Shown here piece after piece: positions 10,699 to 20,900 of a stretch of 64,000 nucleotides of DNA. Under the pieces are notes generated by a model that did no database searches, was not told where the DNA came from, and saw nothing but the letters and a program-made list of their open reading frames with translations. The DNA comes from Cyanophora paradoxa CCMP329 (Eukaryota > Plantae > Glaucophyta), in assembly GCA_004431415.1 (NCBI GenBank), contig QPMI01000044.1:248001-312000 (forward strand), in the 5' to 3' direction. The translations under genes and the position numbers were made by a program. How positions within the stretch are numbered: the first letter of the stretch is position 1; each line of letters begins with the position of its first letter.

Positions 10699-11759
10699 TG
10701 GATAGTGTATTATCATTCAAAAAGTATAGGCAGAAACTGATTAATGAAAAAGTGAGTTTTGATGAAAAAGAGTTGAAAAAGAAGTTCAAAAACTCAGAAC
10801 TCCAGCAAATTTACAAGAAACCAAGGAAACCCAAATCGTTTCTTCGCATAGTGGCAAAGCCTAGATCGTTTCAAATCGATATAACATATTTCAGAGGGTT
10901 TCAGACTGCCAACAATGGCATTTTCAAAATGCTTAGTTTCGTAGACATACTTAGTCGCAAAGGATTTGTTTATCCTTTTAAAAACAGCAGTGAGATCCCG
11001 AGCATTTTAAATAGGTTCAAGCAAGAAGCAGGCAAAGTTAATGCTCTCTCTGGGGATAATGAGTTTTCCCAGGCAGTATACCGAAATTGGTGCAGTGAAC
11101 ATGGTGTAATGCTATACACAGATGTGGCAAAGGATGACCACATCACAGTAGGAGATAAACTGGGGATAATTGATAGGTTCACTAGGACTTTCAAACAGTA
11201 TCTCAGAAAATCGATGACAGCAAAGGGAACCACGAAATGGATCGATCTACTTAGTGATGTAATTGACTTGTATAATAGCAGTCCCCATTCTGCATTGAAA
11301 AATGACTCTCCAAATGCAGTGTATACAAATGAAGATAAACAGTTATTTATTTACATGAGGGATACTGTTCACAACAATCGTGTAAAGGAGGCTGATACTA
11401 ATCAAGTGAAACCAGGAGACACAGTTCGAGTTTTGCAACCAAAGGGATTGTTTGAAAAAGAAGGTGCGCAATTCAGTCAGAAGGTCTACACTGTTGCAAA
11501 GGCTGATAGGAATCGTTTCAAAGTGCTTGAAGATAATGATGGTGAGGAAACAAAAGAAGTGAAGAGGAGATTTAAGAAACAAGAATTGCAAAAGGTGAAT
11601 AAAGATGATATCATTAAGATACCATCACAAAAACGGATTCAGCAGGTTAATAAAACGAATAAAGTGAATCGATTGGTAGCAAAAGAAGGCATAAAACCCA
11701 ATCGGAGTAATGTAATTCGGAGGAGATACAATTTGAGAAGTGGTTTAACGAAACGCTAA
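10698..11759 (+). CDS. Retroviral-like (rve) integrase
   Basis: 353 aa. FQIDI..., FVDILSRKGFVYP, SGDNEF, IIDRFTRTFK, YNSSPHSAL, and SH3-like PGDTVRV, as in Polinton/PLV/mavirus integrases. Confidence 0.93.
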   Translation: MDSVLSFKKYRQKLINEKVSFDEKELKKKFKNSELQQIYKKPRKPKSFLRIVAKPRSFQIDITYFRGFQTANNGIFKMLSFVDILSRKGFVYPFKNSSEIPSILNRFKQEAGKVNALSGDNEFSQAVYRNWCSEHGVMLYTDVAKDDHITVGDKLGIIDRFTRTFKQYLRKSMTAKGTTKWIDLLSDVIDLYNSSPHSALKNDSPNAVYTNEDKQLFIYMRDTVHNNRVKEADTNQVKPGDTVRVLQPKGLFEKEGAQFSQKVYTVAKADRNRFKVLEDNDGEETKEVKRRFKKQELQKVNKDDIIKIPSQKRIQQVNKTNKVNRLVAKEGIKPNRSNVIRRRYNLRSGLTKR

Positions 11760-11760
11760 A

Positions 11761-12164
11761 TCATGGGAGACACGGCGGATGAAAAGGATATAACTTCGAT
11801 TAAATATAATTAATCGAGATTATGATATAACTTCGATAAATAAGATTTAAGATATAACTTCGATTAATTCGATTTTTGTTACTGAGGCTTACTGAGATTT
11901 AGTGAGATTTGGAATTGGGTTACTGTGAATGGTTTGTTTTTCTTGGGAATTGTTTTGGAGACACGGCGCATAAAAAAGATATAACTTCGATAAGATATAA
12001 TTAATCGAGATTATGATATAACTTCGATTAATTCAATGTTTCTTACTGAGGCTTACTGAGATTTACTGATATTCAAGATTGGGTTACTGGGAATGGTTTG
12101 TTTTCTGATTTGTTTTTGATTTTTTCGCGGGTATTTTTTTGGAGACACGGCGCAGTGCTGAGCT
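11761..12164 (-). repeat. Right terminal inverted repeat (404 bp)
   Basis: Reverse complement of 673-1076. Starts 1 nt after the integrase stop codon. Confidence 0.97.
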
Positions 12165-12359
12165 CCCTCTCCCTACCCCGCCGACCCATTAACAGCCGCG
12201 ACGGGCCGCGATGAATAAGGGGGGCGCGAGGAGGGCCGCTGAGGCTTCGCCCGATGTTTGGGACCCGCAGGGGCCCAGGGCTTGTCGGAAATCCGGGTCG
12301 GCGAACGAAATTAAGGGTCACGTCCGGGTCACATCCGTCCCGCGTGTTCGCCCACTACC

Positions 12360-12701
12360 CGCCCTGAACCAATTCACTCACTCACCTCGACGATGACGTC
12401 ACGCGACTTTCCATCCACTCTCTCTCGTGGTCCGGAGTCGTGGATCGAATCTCGAACTTGTACGCTGCAATCTCGACAGCTGTCATGAATCAATTTCGAT
12501 CCTGACTCCCCTAAGACGACCGCTCTCCCGCGCCCTGAACCAATTCACTCACTCACCTCGACGATGACGTCACGCGACTTTCCATCCACTCTCTCTCGTG
12601 GTCCGGAGTCGTGGATCGAATCTCGAACTTGTACGCTGCAATCTCGACAGCTGTCATGAATCAATTTCGATCCTGACTCCCCTAAGACGACCGCTCTCCC
12701 G
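12360..12701 (+). repeat. Perfect 2 x 171-bp tandem duplication
   Basis: 12360-12530 is repeated at 12531-12701. Confidence 0.95.
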
Positions 12702-13490
12702 TGGGCGTCGGACGAAAATCCATTTCCCACGCGGATCGATTCCGGTATTTATACCCCGGTTCGATCGCGAAACTCCAAAAAGTGGGACCCAGTCCCGCCC
12801 GGTCCCGCGACGAAAGCGCGCCAGCGACGCCCCAGAGCGGTACAGAAAGAGAGCCGAGAGCGCGCGCACCGCTGCAAGCTCGATTTCGGCCGCCGTCGAC
12901 ACTCCAGTGCGAAGAGTCGGCCAAAAGTTTGACCCAGCCGGTCCCGTCCGGTCCCGCGACGCGCGCAATCGATGCGTTCTCGCGCGCATAGACATAGCAC
13001 GGCCTGCGCACTCCAGATATCCGCTTTCCGGAGCCGGAACAGCGCAGGAAGGTGCCCGGCGACGAAAATTCGTTCCTGCACAGGCCCGGACATCTTTCCG
13101 CGCGCCCAGGCCGCGGCGCATGCGCCGAACAATAGTATAAGCATTTGAGATGTAGAAGAAGCCTTCCGTACGCTTTTTAAATGCGCCGGGCCGCGAGGAC
13201 CCAGCCGACCCCGAAAATTCGATCCTTGACGTCGACGAACCTGCCCATCTTTCCGTGCGCCCTCACATCCTCACGCATGCCCACCCCTACAGAATTCATT
13301 TGAGAGCTTTTCCAAGCTTTGCGCAAGCACTCTGGGGGCGAAAGAGCACAAGAACCCAGCCGACGCCAGAATTTCGATCCTGCACTGGCCTGCACATATT
13401 TCCATGCATATATATGCGCCCTCGCCTCCGCAGCCTGGCTCTCCAAATGCGCCTGGCCACAGGAACCTCGCTCCTCCCCTTAATGATGAC

Positions 13491-13634
13491 GAGCTCGAGC
13501 TCGAGGTGAGATCTAGGGGGGAAATGTATATATATGCATATATATTTCCCTCTAGATCTCACCTCGAGCTCGATCTCACCTCGAGCTCGAGCTATTTGTT
13601 TTCCCCCTCTAGATCTCACCTCGAGCTCAAGCTC
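13491..13634. repeat. Small foldback with a re-duplicated arm (GAGCTCGAGGTGAGATCTAG / CTAGATCTCACCTCGAGCTC)
   Basis: One left arm and three full or partial right arms visible. Confidence 0.8.
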
Positions 13635-14160
13635 CACCGACCAATATATATATATATGGCGGCAATGAATAGGAGGCGGCGGGCCGGGGGGGCTTCGAGA
13701 AAGCCCAACCTTTCGCACACGCAAGCTTTTAAGCTTATAATTAAGAACCCACGGCTTGGCGGTGTACATGTACATGTAGAGGCGTGGCGAGGGGCTGCGA
13801 CGGCCTGGAGCGGAAGCGCGGCGCGCAGCCGCCGCCGGGCCGGGCGCCCTGGCTCGCCGGGCGGAGCTCAGCCTCGGAGCTCGGCGGCCTGGCGGAATGA
13901 CTTGGTGGATGGGGCGGAGGCGCCAGGGGCGGCGGCGAGGCTCGCCGGACGGAGCGGAGGCGCTCGGGGCAGCCGCCGGGCGCCATGGCTCGCTGCCCAC
14001 TTGGCCTCATGATCATTGACGCTAAGACAGACTCTCTGAGACAGGGAGGCTGATATAGCAGGCATGCATTGGCAGGGCTTACCACACGTGAGTGTGGGCT
14101 TGTTTGCAGCAACGTGACTAAGTTACTAAGTTAACCGTTGAACTTTCACTGTTTCACAGC

Positions 14161-14302
14161 GCCGGAGTCCGGAGTCCGGACTCCGGAGTCCGGACTCCGG
14201 AGTCCGGACTCGAGCTCGCAGAGTCCGACTCGGCGCGGCGAGTCCGGACTCCGGAATCCGGATCGGAGTCATCGGACTCGGAGTCCGGCTCCGGATCCGG
14301 AG
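14161..14302. repeat. CCGGAGT/ACTCCGG palindromic micro-array
   Basis: Mixed-orientation 7-mers. Related GAGTC/GACTC arrays at 16905-17050, 17644-17680, 47070-47160 and 47358-47435. Confidence 0.8.
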
Positions 14303-14594
14303 GCTTGCGCAGATGCGCATGCGCAGATACATGTACATGTACATGTACCCGGTAACAGGAAACTAATTAGTGGATTATAAAACTAGCTAGCTCGATCGGC
14401 CCTCCCTTAATTAGGCAAAATACTGGAGTCCGGCCGGCCGGATCGATATCGATATCGATGGGCATGCGCATGGAGCGGTATAATTCTAGGGGGTATCGCG
14501 GTACTATCGCCGCAGGGGATTAGTGGAGTCCCAAATTATATTTAGTGGAATACGTCAACTTGAGTCCCCGGGCCCGGCGGCCCCGGCCCCCGGG

Positions 14595-15126
14595 TAGGGG
14601 TGAGTATCGAATGTAGGGTCGGGTTCGTTCGATTCGGTTCGATCGGTCTGGGTATTCGATCGAATGGTTTCGATACCCGGTAGGGGGGTACGTCAGGCAC
14701 CCTTGGTGGCCGAAACAGAGCGTAAACGCGATACAAAACAGCAGAAGCAAGAGATAACGAAGCATAAAACATCAAAGATAGCAAAAGACACGTTCTTAAG
14801 CGCTGTATACGTCTCGTAAGAGACCGACATACTTCCAGGGGGGGTACTTGTAACCTGCGTCGTCTGCAAACCGCAGCACGAAAATGCAGTCACACTGAGT
14901 AGAATTGGTTCAGAAATGATACTGTTTGCCTGTTATATATCTATATATGCGATTTTGTCACGTCCAAGAAGACTCTTGATGGCTTCTTTCGCTGCAAAGA
15001 CAGGCCTCTCGTGGGCGTACCCCCCACATTCGAATGATTCGATCGGGTGACCGGGTTCGATTGGTTCGAAACTCGCCGGGTTCGATCGAATGGGTTCGAT
15101 ACTATTCGGTTCGATACTCACCCCTA
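14595..15126. mobile_element. hAT-type MITE (532 bp)
   Basis: 17-bp TIR TAGGGGTGAGTATCGAA / TTCGATACTCACCCCTA, 8-bp TSD CCCCCGGG (14587-14594, 15127-15134), and subterminal GGTTCGA repeats. Confidence 0.9.
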
Positions 15127-15234
15127 CCCCCGGGTCGCGATCGATATCGATTAGGGTTACCGCACCGACAATTCGGAGCTTCGTCAAACGGTCGTCAATG
15201 TCGAATGTCGGTGCGGTGTCGGCGAGGGCGACCG

Positions 15235-15701
15235 GGGGGAGGCATAGTCGAGCGGTTAAGGTGTCGGCCTTACCGCTCAGAGGACCCCGGTTCGAATCCG
15301 GACCGGAACAACCGAACCCGCTTCAAATCCCGGAGAAACCCCGACCTCGGGACCCGTGAGGGGTACCGAGCTCCTGGTCCCAACACGGCCAAGCGCAAGA
15401 ACCATCAAGCAAGCAACTAGGACCGTGCAACTGGGTGACATCATGCCGAAGGCTCTGCAATGTGGGCGCGTGCATGGGTCATGTGGAACTGAGGTCAACA
15501 AGCCCGGGTACACCACCTGAACATCAAGAGCGGAATACGGCGCGGAAGGAGGATCCGTAGTATGTGCGGAGGACGAGTTAGAATCACAGATAGGACATCC
15601 TCGGCCTCTCAGTTCACAGTTGTAGAGTGGTACGGTGCCGAGGTAGGAGCCGGACGGGTACCGTGTGTAAGAATGCGAGACACACCAAACTTCAAAAAAA
15701 A
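15235..15701 (+). mobile_element. tRNA-derived SINE (467 bp)
   Basis: A box TAGTCGAGCGG (15245-15255), B box GGTTCGAATCC (15289-15299), A8 tail, and 16-bp TSD TCGGCGAGGGCGACCG (15219-15234, 15702-15717). Confidence 0.9.
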
Positions 15702-16040
15702 TCGGCGAGGGCGACCGACATGTCGAAAATAATGATTAAAATAATGCATTTTTAAATAGTTTTTAATGCTTTTCTCGCCCCCTCCCTGCCGTCGCCGGCC
15801 CGTCGCTCACCTAGAACCCACGCTTCAATGGATTCCTAAGGTGGGGAATGTGTTCAGACATGCTTGGAATAACTTCCTGGAGCACCAGAAGCCTTAATTT
15901 ATAATTTATGGCGCATTCTGCCGGCGGAGACGACCCCTACCCCCCCCTCTGTCGGATCGCACCGAAATATTTTTAATCCACCTGACATTCGACATTGTCG
16001 ATGTCGGAGCCTGGGGGACCGACATTACCGTCAGACGGTA

Positions 16041-16202
16041 TTTTTTTTTTGGTGAATTACCGGCCACAGTCTCTAGACACCAGCACTGCGGGGGCTGCCC
16101 AGGGGGCATAAAGACAAAAAAGCAAAATAACTAAGACAAGAGCACGAAGAAAGATAAGACAAAGAGCCAAAATCGACAATAAAAAAGGAAAGACACAGAG
16201 CT
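16041..16202 (-). mobile_element. 5'-truncated retroposed fragment (162 bp)
   Basis: T10 tail at 16041-16050 and 12-bp TSD CGTCAGACGGTA (16029-16040, 16203-16214). A near-identical 3' end recurs at ~45536-45568. Confidence 0.8.
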
Positions 16203-17083
16203 CGTCAGACGGTAACCCTAATATCGATCCACCTCGACTAGTTACTAAGTTATCACTGACATATATATATATATATCAGCGTCCAGTAATTTCCTGCATT
16301 TCGGCCGGATTTAAGATCTATATTCATATATATGCAGGGGTTGCCTTTCCGAAAAGTTCCGAGAGTCAGCTGCAGCTCGCGATGACAGCTGCCGATTCAC
16401 AAATTAAAATCACAATAGCGCGCTGCGCGCTTAGCCGCGCTAGCTCGCGAGCTTATAAAAAAAAGTTATAATTATGATCAGCGCGCGCGCGGCTCCGACC
16501 GGCTCGAGCAAGCCTGGCAAGTCGACGTCGCTTAATTAATTATAAGCTGTGTACATGACACTACATGTGCGCCTGCGGGTTCGCCGAAGTTCGCCGAGTC
16601 GGTGCGCCGGTAACGGCGGCCGGTTGGACACTGGACCGTCGGACAGCCGCTGAGCAGCGGCCCCGGGCCAGCGGGTCCCTCTCAGAGTCTGACTCTCAGA
16701 GTGCACGCCGACGCCGTGACGTGACGCCGTACGCGTGTGACGGACTCGTACCGGGCGAACACATGAGACGTAAGCGGCGCCGCGCGGCGGTGAGTCCGGT
16801 GACTCCGACTCTCCGAGTCGCCGGCGCGGTCACGCCGCGCCGCGGCCGCGGTGAGCCGGCGCGCGGCGGCGGCGGCCGCGGCGCCGGCGCCTCGATCGCA
16901 GGCTGAGTCGCAGCTCGCGAGTCGCGAGTCGCGAGTCGCGAGACTCGCGACTCGCGAGACTCCGAGCTCGCGACCGGACTGAGCGGACTCGCGTCGTCTC
17001 GCGAGTCGCGACTCAGTCACGGTCGCGAGTCGCGACCGTGACTCGCGAGAAACTACGGCAATTCAAGCCGTCCTACAGTAGTA

Positions 17084-17297
17084 CTGTAGGCGTTGTAGTA
17101 GTAAATAATTGCCGTAAATTGCCGAGAGGCCGAATTCGGCAATTTAGCAACACAGCAATTGCTTGGGGGGTATATGTAGGTATTTGCTTAGCCCGCCATC
17201 GAACAGAAATCTGGATTCGGCAATTTATTGCCACGGCAATTCCGGTTTCGGACCAATTCGGCAATTTTACTACGCGGCAATTTAACTACGCCTACAG
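17084..17297. mobile_element. TA-flanked (Tc1/mariner-type) MITE
   Basis: TA|CTGTAGGCGT ... ACGCCTACAG|TA, with internal AATTGCCG/CGGCAATT repeats in opposed orientation. Confidence 0.7.
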
Positions 17298-17315
17298 TAT
17301 ACCAGTATACGTATA

Positions 17316-17578
17316 CCGTAATGCAGAATATTAAGGTCTGTACTTTATTATGTCGTCCCGAAATTATGTCGCCTCGGACGGGACAAAACGACATAATTTG
17401 GGGACGTCATAATACGGGCTCGCTAAGCCGCCCCATACAGTACCCCAGAAATTTACTGCCCCATACAAGCCTGAAAATTTCATGCCGACATATAATTTGG
17501 GGACGTCATATTTCGCATAGAGAAGGCTCGGGTTTTCAAACGACATAAATTTGCATGACATAATATTGTGTATTACGG
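17316..17578. mobile_element. TA-flanked (pogo/Tc1-mariner-type) MITE
   Basis: TA|CCGTAATGCAGAATATTA ... TAATATTGTGTATTACGG|TA (16/18 match), with internal GACATAAT repeats. Confidence 0.72.
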
Positions 17579-17947
17579 TAAGCGCGCGTGTGCGAAGCTT
17601 GCCAGTTGTACCTGTATACTGCAGTACGTAGCCCCAACGTTAACTCCCGAGTCCCGACTCCCGAGTCCTCGGAGTCCGACGTCCTCGGTCTAGATCCATG
17701 CCATTATAATTACTAGTATACGCCCGGGGCCCGCCCGGCGCCCGCTCCCGGAGTCCGAGGCTCACGCACAGATCATCGCTCACGCACAGATTATCGCTCA
17801 GATCCATCGGATCAAGCCTACAGCTACTAGCTATAGCTAGACTGTGCAACAACTGCTGTCTGAGGTCTTTAAATTTCATGATCAGCTGCATCTGGCGCTA
17901 GCAACGTTTACCTCGTGCAGACGTCGACCGTCGGACCTAGGGGCGTC

Positions 17948-20900
17948 ATGGCCAGCTGCATGCCGCCATGCGCATGCCACGCACGCGGCGCCGCCGCCGA
18001 CCGCGGTCGGGTCAATCTTAAGCTTCAGGCTGCGGTGGCAATCTTCGCACTCGCCTTTGCCGCGAGTACCATCGCTCCGGGTGCGCGCGCGCCCGTCCTT
18101 CGGCAACCGGCTAGCTATAGCAAATTTTCCCGGACTCCGCCGCCGGGCCGGGCCGCGGAAATTCCAACTCGGAACGATCCACACGGCGGAATTCGAATAT
18201 TAATGGGCCTCTTTCCCGCGCAGCGGCGGCTGCGGACCTCCCGCGCATCCCGATGCTCGGAGGCGCCACGCTGCCCCAGGGCCCATCGTGGGACGCCATT
18301 CCCAAGGGCAACTACTCGTACTGCATCGGGTCTGAGTGGCTGCAGACCACACAAACCGGTGCGCAAATTTAGGCGGGTTGGTCGCCTCCCGGAGTCCCAG
18401 CTGTTTGATTGTCCAGTAACGCCTTGTGGCGCCGGCACACTGAGCACTGCGGCAGGAACGGGCACGAGCGCAGACTTCGACCATAGAGCTATCGGATGTG
18501 AGTTCCAATTGACAACCGCCCCTATATATATGTATATATAGCTAAATCCACTTCGATTCGTTTTATAGTGATAAGCACTGACCACGATCATGATGATTGC
18601 GCGCGCAGCACTGCATTACTCGGAATTTGACGGTGTTCACTCCTCTGTTCCTCTAGATCTGTTCCTCATTAAAGGCTCTGAAAAAGATGCATGTTTAATT
18701 TAATCCTTAATATCAGTTCGCAGGCTTTTTGTATGTGGGAACGAACAGGGCTATCTTCCGCGTGAACAGCACCTGCGGTAGCGAGCTGGTGGCGGGCGTC
18801 GCGCTGACTGACGAGCTCTTCAAGGCGATAGATTACGATTATTCTCTGAGTTACAACAAAGCCTACAAACTGCCCCTCACGGGGGCAACGTCCGCGGCCA
18901 TCCTCGCCGCGGATCTCACGTTCAGTGCCGGATGCTGCGAAGGAGGCGAGGGAAAGCGCCGGCAGCTGCTGCAATCGTACACCGTCAATTCACCAGGCGT
19001 TGGATTCAGGTGCGCGCACACATCTTGAAGCTTGCCAATGCATATATATGCTATTGCAGTCGCGATCATTGATTCGATTGTGCGATTGCGCAGCGACGTT
19101 ATTGGACTCGTGGCTGGGTCGGCAAACAAACTTTACTGGCTCAGCGCGAGCAACAATAGAATTGGATACGTCACACTAAACGCCAACCCCAATGACAATA
19201 CAATCACGACCCTCTGGAACGGAACTTGCCCCTCTGGTACGAACCCCAATGTGTCGGGAAATGTATATATCAAATTGCGCAGTTGAAGGAGGCGAGGGAG
19301 AGGGAGAGGAACGGAGACGCGTGCGCCTGCTTGAAGGAGAAAGCTTGAATTTTGTCGGAGGATACGAGTATTCTCCGAAAGGTTCTTGAGCGTCTCACGA
19401 TTTCTTGAGACCCAATTCTCTAATCTATAAACTGTCTGTCGTGGCCAGGAATCGCGCACCACGGCAGCAAAATATATGTCCTCGCGAGCGTGAGACCGTG
19501 CGGCAACACTCCTGACGGTTGGAGAGACAAGGTAGTATTGTTCACAATCCCAGCCGCTGGTTCGCGTCCGCTCGAATTGATATTAATTATGAGTTTACCA
19601 AATCGAAAGACGCTAACAGTTCTAATTGCCCTCAATTGCAATATGTACTACTACGGTATCATGATCACGGCGTGCGCAGGTGGCGACCCTCAGTTCATCT
19701 CGGAGAATCTAGGAGGGAACGAGCAGAGGCTCCAGGTCATCGGAGACTTTGGCGGGCAGATGGCCATCGACGTCGACGGGGACAACGTTCACCTCTTCAT
19801 AGGCCTGGAGTATGACGAGCCCTACATCGATGGCGCTCCCGGGTACCTCCTCACGCATATCGTAAAGGTGCCTTTTTTTTCAGACATTGGATCCAGCACA
19901 TACAAGAATATTAATGCCGTTCACGCATCGATATCGTGATCGATTTTCAACTTGCGAACCTCACAGGTCGTTGTAGCGCACGCCACGAACACACTTGTCT
20001 CCTTCACGAACTTCACGAGCTTCATGTCGTACACGAGGCAATTCAATTTCACCCAGAGCGGAGAGATTAAAACCTGGAATGGATACTTTGAGGTCGTCCC
20101 TGGGCACATGTCCGTTCTTCGCACGAATTCGACTGGCCTTGGATTGTACTTTCAGTTCATTATTATATTTCACGCCCATGATCAGAATATTAATTTTTTT
20201 TTTTTTTGCAAAAGCCCAACCGGGCAATGTTCGTATTAAGTGACAGCAACAGCCTCCCCGTCGCTGCCATCGACTGGGGGGGCGCCTAGGCTAGCTCTGA
20301 GGCTCTGCGGCATAGAGGGAAGACGTCCTGCTATCCTATCCTAGCTGTCCGCGATCGAGCTGGAGCGTGTGGGGGTCGTGAGGCGGGGTTGTCCTTGGCC
20401 CTGAGGGAGGGGGAGGGGGGGGAGGGGGAGGAGGGCACTTTCTGCCAGGTTGGGCTTAATTATAAAGGGGCGGGAGGAAAGGGGGGGGGGTAAAAAGGGA
20501 GAGCGGGGGGAGAGGGGTCTCGGAGGAAGTAAAGCCGGCTGCCATGGCCCGATCGCGAGCGCCGCCGCTAGCTGCCTAGTTTCTTGTCGCAGGCGGGGAC
20601 CTCTGCTGCAGTGCCGGCTGGCCGTAAGCTTGTGGTGCCGTGGGAGTGGGCGGTCCGGGCCGTCACCACGGGACGGCTGGGGAGTCGAAGTCAGGCGGCG
20701 GCTCAAGGAGGGGGCCGCGGGAGGGGGCAGTCTCGGTTTCTGTGCGCTCGAGTGTAGCAACGAAGCCGGCAGCTGTCCACATGAGCGGATCGAGGGGGGC
20801 GGGGGGGGGCGGGTGGTCATCGTCCGGCTCCCAGGCCCAGGTAATGGTGCTAGGGTCGAGGGCGGGCTTGGCATCGGCAGGGGACAGACCGCGGGCGGCG

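Larger units (their letters stand above)
673..12164. mobile_element. Complete endogenous Polinton-like virus (PLV), 11,492 bp
   Basis: AT-rich island in a GC-rich host. 404-bp TIRs start AGCTCAGC and end GCTGAGCT (AG..CT termini as in Polintons), with CCCTC directly flanking both ends. Contains capsid, penton, packaging ATPase, pPolB-helicase and rve integrase genes. Confidence 0.95.
15152..16220. mobile_element. Second hAT-type MITE carrying two nested retroposed inserts
   Basis: TIR TAGGGTTACCG / CGGTAACCCTA, 8-bp TSD ATATCGAT (15144-15151, 16221-16228), and subterminal CCGACA/TGTCG repeats. Confidence 0.88.

Noticed and set aside
11788-12028. loxP-like half-sites (ATAACTTCG) in the TIRs
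   Set aside because: Only 9 of 13 arm bases match. Copies are in direct orientation with no 8-bp spacer between inverted arms, and no tyrosine recombinase is encoded. Probably coincidence.
673-12164. Classification as a canonical Polinton/Maverick or a virophage (Lavidaviridae)
   Set aside because: No cysteine protease ORF is visible, the polymerase is a divergent helicase fusion, and the ~408-aa MCP is shorter than typical virophage MCPs. PLV fits better, pending a profile search.
15235-15310. tRNA gene
   Set aside because: A and B boxes and the T-arm are present, but the acceptor and anticodon stems do not pair. It continues into a body with poly(A) and a TSD, so it is a SINE head.
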